In this document: in pieces, positions 15,211-27,590 of the stretch
Position numbering within the stretch: position 1 is the stretch's first letter
Layout: each line of letters starts with the position of its first letter
NCBI RefSeq assembly: GCF_006345805.1
Contig: NC_042999.1
Location: forward strand, 28,768,001 to 28,832,000
Direction: 5' to 3'
DNA length: 64,000 nucleotides
Origin: Octopus sinensis
Taxonomy: Eukaryota
Made by a program: the position numbers and the translations under genes
The notes under the pieces: generated by a model
Database searches by the model: none
Told to the model about the DNA's origin: nothing
The model's input: only the letters and a program-made list of their open reading frames with translations

Positions 15211-15840
15211 TCCATTCATAATTTTTTTTAAATGTTTGATATCTACGTGCTAAGAATTGTTCGGTTTTCTTTTGAGTGTTTATGTATGTGTGAATGTGTG
15301 TGTGTGTGTGTGTGTGTGATTGTTTGCGTAATTTATTTATCTGTATGGGTGTGGGTGTTTATATATTGGTATATATCGTGTTCTGTATGTATGTGTATGT
15401 ATATGTATGTGTGAGCGGGTATATGTATATTGTTTATGAATTGAGTGTTGTATGTGTTTGTGAGGAAATATGAATAAGTAATGTGTTGAGTGTTTGAGCA
15501 TGTGTGTGTATATATAGTTTATTTTTTGTTTTTTGTTTTTTGTTTTTTTTTGTTTTTTGTTTTTTGTTTTTTGTTTTGGTTTTTGGTTTTTGCTTGTGGT
15601 TTTTTTGCTTGTTGTTTTTTGTACATTTTTAAATATGAGAACTTTTATAATAGGTTTTTATATTCAATTGTTTATAGGGTTTATTTTAGATTATTTTAGA
15701 TTATATATTGATTATATATAGATTATATATAGATTATATATTTATTTTTTTTATATTCTTTCATTGATAATTTTATTATTTTATTATTTTAAATTATTTT
15801 AAATTATATTTTAAAATATTGCTATTTTTAGATCGAAAAT

Positions 15841-15883
15841 CCACCTGAAGATTGTCGGAGCAGACATGAAACATTTGTAGTGG
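15841..15883 (+). ncRNA. Minimal type I hammerhead ribozyme motif
   Basis: CCAC-CUGAAGA-U.UGUC(GGAGCA)GACA.U-GAAA-C(AUUU)G-UA-GUGG: stem I CCAC/GUGG, stem II UGUC/GACA, GUA cleavage triplet. Confidence 0.8.
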
Positions 15884-16070
15884 CGGTTTATTTAATTTAT
15901 ATTAAAATTTTATGTATTGATTAAGTCTTTCCTTGTTTGGTTTTAAAATAGTGGTTTTGTCTCGAATTATATTATATATTATATTATATAATATTTTACT
16001 ATAAAATTGGATTTAATCCTAAATCTGATTTTTTCCCTGTATTTTGGATTCATTCCCTAATATTTATTAT

Positions 16071-16127
<57 letters not shown>

Positions 16128-16139
16128 ATATATATATAT

Positions 16140-16260
16140 GGTAAAAGGTTATTGAACAAAATGTAAATTAAATAATTGATTCAAGTTCATTCCTCGTATG
16201 AAAAAATGACTATTATTTCACACTAAAACACCGAACTTACGTTCTCGCCATCCCAATATA
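16140..16260 (+). mobile_element. Isolated 3' end and TIR of the same mariner family as 10449-11677
   Basis: ggtaaaaggt...gaacaaaatg..aatt..ataattgatt.aagttcattc...gtatgaaaaaa aligns with 11588-11652 and ends cgccatcccaatata (reverse of a tattgggatggcg TIR). Confidence 0.7.
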
Positions 16261-16281
16261 CATACTTACATATATACATAC

Positions 16282-16329
<48 letters not shown>

Positions 16330-17261
16330 ACACATACATACACACACACACATATATATATATATACTATTGTGTATATATATATATGTATATATATATA
16401 TGTGTATATACATATATGTGTATGTATGTACATATATATGTATGTGTGTATTTACATATATTTGTGTGTGTATGCACATGTATATGTTTGTCTATCTCTC
16501 TCTCTCTCTCTATATATATATATACATATATTTAAACCTTCGAACGTATAAACATACCTTTACACACATTCAAACACGTCCCACGAATATCATCTTTAAT
16601 AAAATGACAGCGAAGATGTTTGTATAAACTGAAGGGTTGTCTTCATACATGAATCAGAGTTTCCATTTCAGTACCTTTGTGACAGCTTTCCAAACGGTTC
16701 AATTTCACGAATAGCAGCAGTGCCTCTCTTGCATCTCTCTTGATTTCACCTGTCAGACAAACTTGCTTAATAACTAAACATTGATATATACACAAACCAT
16801 ATTCACCAAATTTATGTATTGATTTTTTTATTCATTATTTGTTCCATTGCAACCTATCCACAACATCTTCTGTACAACAAAGGTGTAATGCAATGTGTGT
16901 AAGCGTGTAAGTGTTTGTGTGCGTGTTTTTATATATTTATATAGATATATATGTAAGTATGTATGCATATACACGCACACTGACAAACATATTCATGAAA
17001 TGTTACATATGTACGCATGTATGTGTTCTATAGTTATCACATTTGCTCTCCTGCGTAAACGCCTAATTGTGCGCAGAAGTTGATAACAATACATGTTTTG
17101 CGTTAAGGGACATATTGCACGGTTCGCTGTCATTTCCACTTCTTCTTTCGTATACATACATTTCATTTCAGATAAAAAAAATAGTTCAGTAAAATAAATG
17201 AAAATCTCATATATCCTCGGCAAGACAGTAAAAAGGAATTACAATAATGATTATTAGATAA

Positions 17262-18055
17262 GGCGGCAAGCTGGCAGAAGCGTTAGCACGCCGGGCGAAA
17301 TGCTTAGCAGTATTTTGTCTGCCGCTACGTTCTGAGTTCAAATTCCGCCAAGGTCGACTTTGCCTTTCATCATTTAGGGGTCGATAAATTAAGTACCACT
17401 TATACACTGGGGTCGATATAATCGACTTAATCCGTTTGTCTGTCCTTGTTTGTCCCCTCTATGTTCAGCATTTTGTGGGTAGTAAAGAAATAGGTATTTC
17501 GTATGCCACTACGTTCTGAGGTCAAATGTCGCCGAGGTCGACTTTGCCTTTCATCCTTTCGGGGTCGATTAAATAAGTACCAGTTTTGCAGTGGGATCGA
17601 TATAATCGAATTAATCTGTGTGTCTGTCCTTGTTTGTCCTCTCTATTTTAGCCCTTTGTAGGTAGTAAAGAAATAGGTATTTCGTCTGCTATTATATTCT
17701 GAGTTCAAATTCCACCTAGGTCTACTTTGTCTTTCATCCTTCGCGGTCGATTAAATAATTACCAGTTACGCACTAGGGTCGATATATTCGACTTAATCCG
17801 TTTGTCTTTCTTTGTTTGTCCCCTCTGTTTGTAGCCCCTTGTAGGCAGTAAAAAATAAGAAGCGTCAGCACGCCGGGCGAAATGCTTAGCGATATTTCGT
17901 CTGTCTTTACGTTTTGAGTTCAAATTCCGCCAAGGTCAACTTTGCCTTTCAACCTTTCGGAGTCGATAAATTAAATACTAGTTATTTATTGAGGTTGATC
18001 TAATCGACTGGCCCCTTCCCCACCAAAACATTTCGGGCTTAGTAGATTCTTTACC
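17262..18055 (+). mobile_element. Array of tRNA-derived SINE units (family A): one headed copy, two further units of about 180 bp, then a second headed copy with a different tail
   Basis: Head ggcggcaagctggcagaagcgttagcacgccgggcgaaatgcttagc with B-box-like gagttcaaattcc; unit ggtatttcgt...gtagtaaagaaata repeats at about 17492 and 17674; new head at about 17859. Confidence 0.9.
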
Positions 18056-18432
18056 GAAAGGAAGAAATGCTTACAGACCAAACAATATTGCGAACATTAC
18101 ATTCTCTGTTCAAATCCCTTCGAAGCCATTTTCTCTTCTTAATCTCTTGGTGTTACTGGAGGTAAATTCTCAGCCAGGTTCTGATTTCGATGTAATCGAG
18201 TGACCCACATCACGCAAAATTTTGGCCTTGTCCCAAAAATCTGAGCCACAGATGTGTTGAGCTGACAGAATCGATAGCACATCACAGATTAGAGTTCAGC
18301 TGATTTCAATGCAAAATCAGGCGAAGTCACTTTTACATGTTACGTTCTGTTCTCGGTGAAATAAAGACCAGCTAAGATCTGGCGTCGATATAATCGATGT
18401 CATATGACTATAATAGGAAGGAATATTAGACT

Positions 18433-18463
<31 letters not shown>

Positions 18464-18482
18464 CATCCTCATCATCATCACT

Positions 18483-18558
<76 letters not shown>
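18433..18558. repeat. (CAT)n(CAG)n microsatellite
   Basis: Read directly. Confidence 0.95.
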
Positions 18559-18560
<2 letters not shown>

Positions 18561-18574
18561 GGTATTATTATCAG

Positions 18575-18775
18575 GAAGCCGGCTGAGATGATTTAGCGCC
18601 GTTTCGTACGTGATTACGTTCTGAGTTCAAATTTCCCCGACGTCGATTTTGCATTTCATCTTTTCAGAGTCGATAATTTAAATACGACTTGCATACTGGT
18701 GTCAATGTAGTCGAATCAACACCTCCCACAAAATTTCAGGCCTTGTGCCTTCAGTAGAAGGAATTATTACTATTA
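18575..18775 (+). mobile_element. Diverged SINE family A copy
   Basis: ttacgttctgagttcaaatttccccgacgtcgattttgcatttcatc...gtcgataattt matches the family A body. Confidence 0.8.
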
Positions 18776-18839
18776 TTCTTATTATTACTTTTGCTGTTGT
18801 TGTTTAATTCTTGATATTATTATTATTATTATTATTATT

Positions 18840-19339
18840 GAGTGAGCGAGCAGAGCATGCCATCAAAGTGACACTGGGGTAAAATATACGAAGCCCAGTA
18901 TACCCATCATGACTACCCGTCTGATAAGGGTACACCAGGCACATGCATCACAACCATATGTGCGCGACATGGTGATCTCATATCAAGATAAACAGCACAT
19001 GACCTTGCAGGTGGAGCCCAGTTAGAATTTTCTTCAGATCGAGTAACCCATCCCGCTCAAAAGGTCCCTGAATAAGGGTTGTTTAAGGACGTTGAACGAA
19101 ACACCTATGTTTCCAGAGGTGAATTATTCAAACCCCAAAAAATCCTTCTCAACACATGGCTATGATGCTCCCCCACTACTTCTGCTCGTGATCAGAGATG
19201 CACATATCGTCAGCCACTAAGGGACATGCTCAACTGGTTAAGGTCAAACAACTGACAAGCACATGTGTGGTATTGAGCAGAATATTTGCTGTAGCCTATC
19301 TTTTATACCAAGACAAAACAATGTACATGATAACACTTC

Positions 19340-19340
<1 letters not shown>
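18840..19340. mobile_element. About 500-bp non-coding interspersed repeat flanked on both sides by (ATT)n
   Basis: GC-richer block bounded sharply by ATT repeats, with no meaningful ORF. I recall it as an abundant octopus repeat, but there is only one copy in this window. Confidence 0.5.
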
Positions 19341-19417
<77 letters not shown>

Positions 19418-19437
19418 CATCATCATTATTATTATTA

Positions 19438-19481
<44 letters not shown>
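19341..19481. repeat. (ATT)n microsatellite
   Basis: Read directly. Confidence 0.95.
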
Positions 19482-19721
19482 TCTTCTGAAAGATAAATAT
19501 ATCAACTACTTTTGTGGTATTCGGCAACATCCCATTGCATATGAAGAGCTCCAAATCAATGATACATGTTTCACGAGATTCCTAAAATATTTATAAACAC
19601 TTTCATTGATTTCCTTAGTTTATAATTATGTCCGAAAAAAAACACTCTCCTAAAGAAAAGCATAGATGAAAAGACGTTATCCGCAATGTATAACAGAAAA
19701 AAACAAATCATATAAAAATGG

Positions 19722-19953
19722 TACTCTTTCATTTGTTTCAGTCATTTGACTGTGGCCATACTTGAGCACCGCCTTTAGTCGAGCAAATCGACCTCATGAC
19801 TTATTCTTTGCAAGCCTAGTACTTATTCTATCGGTCTCTTTTGCCGAACTTCTAAGTTACGGGGACGTAAACACGGCAGCATCGATTGTCAAACGATGTT
19901 GTGGGGGACAAACACAGACACACAAACATATACACACACATACATATATACAT

Positions 19954-20004
<51 letters not shown>

Positions 20005-20168
20005 CGGCGGACTTCTTTCAGTTTCCGTTTACCAAATACACTCACAAGGTTTCGGTCGGCCCGAGGCTATAGTAAAAGACACTTGCCCAAGGTGCCATGC
20101 AGTGGGACTGAACCCGGAACCATGTGGTTCGTAAGCAAGCTACTTACCACACTGCCACTTTTACGCCT
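19722..20168 (-). mobile_element. tRNA-derived SINE family B with internal (TA)n(TG)n microsatellite
   Basis: Reverse complement aligns end to end with 23926-24339 and 55569-56000. Confidence 0.92.
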
Positions 20169-20659
20169 ATGGTAGCTTATTTTACAACAATAGATATGCT
20201 GTATCAAATCTACATATCTTTACAGAAGACAGAAGTTAGAAAGATATAGTCAATAAATTGAAAAATCAAATTGAAATGCACTTAGCGTACTTAGCAATGC
20301 AACTATATTATGTGAACATGTAATCTCGCTATAAATATCAATTAACTTTTATACTATACAATGATTAAATATAATGAAACCAATAAATAATCACCATTAT
20401 AAGCCTACATGTGATTAACAACCTGTACTCATCCAAATATCTGCTTTATATGAGGGAATTCAAGGGTGTAGCATACGGAATGGAAAATCAAATCAGCGTT
20501 GTTGAAAACAACATATAATGATCATATAGTACAAATTGGTAACTAAAAGCTAATTAGGATACATAGTAATAAGGCAATAATTAAGTAGAACAAAAGCAAC
20601 AACTGGAGAGCAGAGTGCATAGCAAACAATAAAATTTGGAAAAAAATCCTAACATTAAG

Positions 20660-21030
20660 AACAGACATTGAGAAAAAGGAGAGGTAAAAGAAGAATAGGA
20701 AGACGAGGAGAAGAGGAAAAGAAGGAGAAGTAGAAGGAGAAGAAGTATAGGAGAAGAAGAGGAAGGTTGAGGAGGGGAAGAAAAAGAAGAAGAAAAAGAA
20801 GGAGACGAGGAAGATGAAGAAGAAAAAATAAATATAAGAAAAGGAAGAATTATAGAAGAGGAAGAAGTAGAAGTATAGGAGAAGTAGAGAAGAAGAAAGA
20901 GAAGAGAAAGAAGAAAGGAAAGGAGAAGAATAGGAGAAGAAGAAGAATAAAAAGAAGAAGAAGAAGAAGAAGAAGAGAAGAAGAAGAAGAAGAAGAAGAG
21001 AAGAAGAAGAAGAAGAAGAAGAAAAAGAAT
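20660..21030. repeat. Degenerate (GAA)n purine-rich tract
   Basis: Read directly. Confidence 0.9.
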
Positions 21031-21754
21031 CAGGATTATGCACTTAGTTTAAATGTGCTTGTGTACTTTTTACATTTATATTACATTTAATTTACATTGT
21101 ATGTACGTAAAACTATAAGATTAGTAATTTGAATTCATTTTTAATGTGAAATATGGCATACGCTTGAAGGTAATCTTGCTTTCATTTACAATGCAATTCA
21201 AAACACTGAATGCACAAGTCTAACATCGTGTGAGTAATGTTTAATATTGAAGTAAAAATCAACCGAAAACAAGTTTATCCAACCTAATACCTCATCCTTT
21301 CCAAATAAGTCCCCTTACCTTATGGGCTCGATCTTCTAGAAGCTATTTTTCTAGGAACTATTTTTTGTTGACATTACTACCTGCAGCTTATGGAAGGCGG
21401 TCCCAAACAAAAGTGACTCTCTACAATCGCCAGGAATCAATATTAAACTAGTAATAAACAAGGCGATATTTATGTATCAATACAGCGAGAATTATTATAA
21501 CAACTATAACAAATATCCATAAAACCAGTATTTCTATTCCATTCTATGTTATTGTGTTTTCTAGATCTATAATCCAGGTTTCTTTTGTTTCATATATTTC
21601 GCTATATTACATCTGTTTTGGTAATAATATATCTTTATGTTAAATAAGAATCCGTATAATGAATCAAAATCAATAATTTGTTTTTACTTTTACAACATGG
21701 ATCGATGTAAAACGGAAAGCAGGCAAGTTTATATATATATATATAATATATATA

Positions 21755-21810
<56 letters not shown>

Positions 21811-23925
21811 CTTCCTTGTTTTATTTTCTTGATATTTTCTAATATGCAATTTCTTTTGTTATAAATTTTATACTTTTATATGTTTCAATGAACGTCTATT
21901 CCTTTCTATTTTATATACAATAGTTATGAAAAACAGAAACACTTTTGATGCAACTAGACAGGCGTAAAAATACGTTGACATCTATATTTTTCTTTCGCGA
22001 TTCTAATGTCATTTTAAAACGTGAATTTTCTTTTTTTTTCACCCTTTGAATTATATTTTATTAACAACATATATGAATGTTTTCAATTATTCACTATTTT
22101 ATTCTTAATAATCCTGACACCAGCGCTAATTATCTGCTGACGCATATTTATCTGTTGTATTGAAGCGGAAATGGAATTCAATTCCAAATAGTTAAATAGG
22201 TTATATGTAGCTATATTAAAGTTCATTTACGAAGTTTTACACAATTCAGCATTTTGTATAGTAGACAATCAATTAATAGTAGAGGTAGTGATTCGATCAA
22301 ATGCATATATCATTTCTCTAGCTATACGCATTCAGTTCAGTTTTTGATAGTCTCGAGGTCAACTTGCCTTTCATACTTCTATTATGAGAAACACAAATAT
22401 CATGCAAGCGTCAGTATTTTGCTCTCTCTCTCTCTCACTCTCTCTGTCTCAGTTACTCTCTATGCCTATGTTTTTATCTCTCCCTCGCTCTCTCACTCTT
22501 ATCTTTCGCTCACCATCTCTCTCAGAATTGGCTGCACTGTATTATCAGAAGAACGTGAGATCTAGAAACAGTATAAATTTACTGCAAACTACCCACTGTC
22601 TAAGTGTGGGAATATAAGACAAAGATCATGAATATTTTATTACAGCATGTCTCCTCATCATGACGGTTATGAAAAACTTTCTTACAGAAATGGTTTAGAT
22701 TCATGTCACGTGATGCACTTTAGAATAACAGTTGTGTGAATTACATGAATGGTTGTCTTGGAAAACGTATGAATTTACAACTTCCAATTTTCCCTCCGAA
22801 CAAGAAATTATTCTTCATAAATTAACATTCTATATAACATAACACCAATGGTTTCAGCATTTCATCAAAACCATTTGGTCAGCTTGTGAGTAAAAAATTA
22901 AAAGAACTATCAGGATAAAATAAATTCAATGCTATATCTGACAGCTCGAGAGATTATGATGAAGACTCTTTGTTGGCTTGCAAGCCAGGTATTCTTATCA
23001 GGTGATATAACAGCTCAGATACGTGCTTTATGCGACTAGATGACTGTAAATCTTTATGTTACCTGCAACAATGTATTGAGATGCTCGTATATTCGGGTGA
23101 TCATTTAATAAATTTGGTTGTACTCTACAAGCGGCTTGTGTTTATATAAACTATGCTATAGATTGTTAGTTGAAGATCAGTATATGAGTCGATAACAAGG
23201 GCCAGAATGGCAATATATATTGTCCTATACGTAGATGTTGTCTTATATTTCTATACGTTACATATTCTGCATATTTGTGGAAAAATATATTTCCGGAATA
23301 TTTTCCATCTTTACTCTTCTGTAAATGTGATGTTTGAAATTATGTTATCGTATTAATTCATTATTCCTTAAACTGATCCTCTTTATGAAAACTACGAAGG
23401 CATCTAAATGTTTCTACTTCTATCTGTATAATGTTATTTCAATTTCCAGTACCTATTCAGAATAAATCTATTCATATGCGACTTGTATTTGGCTGTGGTT
23501 TATAAACAGTTATTTTGTCTATTACACGCATAATGCAAGTGAAAACCTGAAAATTAAATGTTATATTGCCTATCCTGACTGAGAAAACAATTATAAAGCA
23601 TATATCTACATTTTCAACTTGCCTTTTGTACATTTATGTAGAAAAATGTTTTACTTAAATGAACAAGTATGGCGTTTTATTTGCAACTAATCCTAGAAAA
23701 TTACATAAATAATTTAAGTAAAAATTCTTTGTAAATGAATGACTAATCATCTTATGAGGAGGGGATTTAAAGATGTTAATCCAATAATAATATATGCATG
23801 TTCTCCTTGGATACGATGCCATTCAGAAGCAGGATCTCATTAAATTACATTACAAACTCTATCAGCTACCTAATATGTACGATCGAATTATTACTCGAAG
23901 AAGGGTATAGAATAAATATATTAAC

Positions 23926-24097
23926 AGGCGCAGGAGTGGCTGTGTAGTAAGTAGCTTGCTTACCAGCCACATGGTTCCGGGTTCAGTCCCACTGCGTGGC
24001 ATGTTGGGCAAGTGTCTTCTACTATAGCCTCGGGCCGGCCAAAGCATTGTGAGTGGATTTGATAGACGGAAACTGAAAGAAGCCCGTCGTATATATG

Positions 24098-24138
<41 letters not shown>

Positions 24139-24336
24139 ATGTTTGTCCCCCTAGCATTGCTTGACAACCGATGCTGGTGTGTTTACGTCGCCGTCACTTA
24201 GCGGTTCGGCAAAAGTGACCGATAGAATAAGTACTGGGCTTACAAAGAATAAGTCCTGGGGTCCATTTGCTCAACTAAAGGCGGTGCTCCAGCATGGCCG
24301 CAGTCAAATGACTGAAACAAGTAAAAGAGTAAAAGA

Positions 24337-24339
<3 letters not shown>
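23926..24339 (+). mobile_element. tRNA-derived SINE family B, full length
   Basis: A-box-like tggctgtgtagt, B-box-like ggttcagtccc, internal microsatellite, tail gaaacaagtaaaagagtaaaagagta. Confidence 0.92.
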
Positions 24340-24390
<51 letters not shown>

Positions 24391-24921
24391 TGTCACAGAG
24401 ACAACAATATTGATACTAGATGTACAAATATGCACAGATTACTGCATACATCGTTACAGAGTCGATCAAAACGAGTTGTGTTCATTGATATTGAGATCAA
24501 TCTCACGTCTGTTAACATTCACTTTTAGTTTACATCTATGGCTAAAGCAACGAACCATTCAAGTGCTTGGATTTACTGGATTCTTTGCCTTACTTCCAAG
24601 TGGGTCCTTGCATCTTACTTAGAAATACATATTATAATTAACAATCGATTGATAAACAGACGTATTAGTTTTTTTCCAAGTAGATGTAATACTTGTTTAT
24701 GATGAGCATATTAACTTAAAGTTACCACATTCACATATTTTTTTACATATTTCGTACTGGCATATACATGATCATGAACGTAGAATGTAGGCACATATAC
24801 ATACACGTGCAAACGTACATTTTATTAATACACATACACGTATAAATATGTATGTCAGTAGATGTACATATTTATGTACTACACACACAGAGACAGACAC
24901 ACACACACATATACATTTATA

Positions 24922-25011
<90 letters not shown>

Positions 25012-25058
25012 ATGTACATATAAATATATGTATATATGTATATATATATATATGTATG

Positions 25059-25125
<67 letters not shown>

Positions 25126-25139
25126 ATATATACAAATAA

Positions 25140-25228
<89 letters not shown>

Positions 25229-25635
25229 CGGCTAATTATTTAAATTCATATACGAAATTCACTCGAATATTTTAAAAGTGTACATAAGAAACTATAAACT
25301 CTCGTGCTGTAGCTTGCGGGTAATTTCATACGAAATCTTATACGTTTAACTTTACTCTTGCTTTGAACATCAAAACATAAATATGTATAGATTTGACTCA
25401 GCGGTTTAAACATAATTTCCATTTTTTTCTATAGATTCTATTCCGTGTTCAGTTCAATTTACCATTTATCTTCCTTTGATTTCCCGCCTTCACTTTATTA
25501 TTTCCCTTGGCTACTGGTATCGTATTATGATATTGAATAGCGGTCTCCTTTTTATGTCTTGCATTTTTATGCCTACTGAATTATTATATCTACTAGTAAT
25601 CTATCAATCTACCTATTTATCTATATACACATGCT

Positions 25636-25669
<34 letters not shown>

Positions 25670-25671
25670 AT

Positions 25672-25729
<58 letters not shown>

Positions 25730-25820
25730 ATATAAAAGTGTATATATATATACATGAAGTGTGAGAAAGAGAGAGGGGACATATATACGTATATATATAT
25801 GGCTTGTGAGGACGAGAGAG

Positions 25821-25877
<57 letters not shown>

Positions 25878-26574
25878 ATATATAGATAGATAGATAGATA
25901 TATAGATAGACAGACAGAGGCTTACATATACATATACACGCATACACATATCGGTACACCTGTGCTTTAGATCATATATCATTATAGACTGTAAAAATAA
26001 TCGAAACAAGGGACTGCTACATTTTCCAGCACTAGTATCGTTGACGTTAGACATGTACATATTTTCGGCTTAATGATCGTTATAGCCTTACTAGCTTATA
26101 GGAGAATATTGTTAGCACTATTGTTTCTCGCATGCGCTGTTTGGAACCTTATATCGTATTATATGAATTTCTGTATTAACTCAGTCATGTACGCTTGTTT
26201 TACTGCATAAACTATGTGATAAATTAAGGAAATAGAAATGGCAGAATCATAAAACCTCTTGTTTCATTCCCCAAAAGAATAAATATGGTTTTGTTGCGAT
26301 AAATATTGTCGATCACATAGGCTGATCAAGAATTATAGTATGAAGAAAATATATCTGTACACACACACACACACACACACCACACACACACACCACACAC
26401 AAATATGTATATATGTATGTTTATATGTATAAGACACCGAGTAAACTAGTTTCTGTTTGCAAAATATGCATTGAGAATTCGCTTAGTTTCTGTAATTTAA
26501 TATCTTTTGAGAAATGAAATCCGACATTTGGGATATAAACCTATGTCAACATCGAAACACATTCTCGAATGGCG

Positions 26575-26611
<37 letters not shown>

Positions 26612-27199
26612 TTCTCACACATTTACACTGTCTTTCTTTATCTCTCTCCCTCACGATCTCTTTCTCTCTTAATAGTATAAACACACACTTACAAGATAGC
26701 TGATGTCTCTACGGCACATGGACTTCACCCAGGTAATGCCTTTCCATGTTTCTATCTTAACCGTTTAATATCTGTTCCTATCACTCCCTCCGCGTTTCTG
26801 TCTCTCCCCCAAATCGTCAGATATACCTGTTTTATTACATGTAGCAGCGCAATATAAGCCTCAAATTCTTGGGTTGAAGGCAAGCATGAGAACACAAACT
26901 CACAAACATACACACATTTAATTACATACATGCATATACCAACTCGTATACATACATATATATTTATATTATCTGTTACTTATATCAACCATAACTACTT
27001 TGAAGTAATTATTTTAAACTTGGGTATACACCTGGTAGTATGCGTTTAAAACACGTTCGCTGTCTTCTACCTGATGTCATCGGCAGTAAGGATACTAGTG
27101 TCGCTGGGTTTACTTCAGAAATTCCTTTGTGACCCACGAGTATATAAGAAATGAAGGAAATTGAAAATGGAATTCACAAAATCCTTTGTTAATCACGTC

Positions 27200-27590
27200 G
27201 ATCGTTTCGAATCAGAGTGCTCAGTGACAGAGTGCTTAGTGATACCCAAGTGGCTAAACAGTGATAAGTATCTAAAATGTTGCTCACTCTCCTCACAGTC
27301 CACACCTTGCTTCCTGTAACTTTTCGTTGTTCTCCTGGCTGATGCAGAACAACGATGCATGTAGTCGTCCAGAAGTTGAAGAAGGCTGTAACAAGTATCC
27401 ACGGCACCTTCACTTTAGAGGATATTTCATGGGGCTTCCAGGAATTGACTGGAGCATTTAACAAGTGTATTAAAGTAATAAGATCCTATTTTGAAGTGGG
27501 CGGGGTCAAAATGTTTTTACTTATATGAAATTGATAAATATCTCTCTTGAAAAGTCTTAAAACTTCTGAAATGTACCATGAATATATGAG
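27200..27590 (+). mobile_element. Mariner 3' fragment (different subfamily), highly decayed
   Basis: HSPHSPHLASCNFSLFSWL (HPPYSPDLAPCDFWLF-like) then KLKKAVT...TLEDISWGFQEL...FNKCI...YFE; TIR-like gaaaagtcttaaaactt near 27550. Confidence 0.7.

Larger units (their letters stand above)
11717..16068 (+). mobile_element. 5'-truncated Penelope-like element (PLE) with inverted pLTR head, GIY-YIG endonuclease, repetitive 3' region and hammerhead-bearing pLTR
   Basis: Combines the GIY-YIG ORF fragment, a perfect 71-bp inverted repeat (11717-11787 vs 15904-15974) and the hammerhead motif at 15841. Confidence 0.85.

Noticed and set aside
17262-17350. tRNA gene (also the heads at 23926 and 55569)
   Set aside because: A- and B-box-like motifs are present, but no complete cloverleaf; each continues into a SINE body.
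22940-22995. Small AG...GT-bounded candidate exons (also near 29910, 38470 and 59475)
   Set aside because: Splice-like signals only, with no recognisable peptide and no consistent frame or strand linking them into a gene.
27189-27464. Minus-strand ORFs of 69-91 aa
   Set aside because: They are antisense to the plus-strand mariner fragment.
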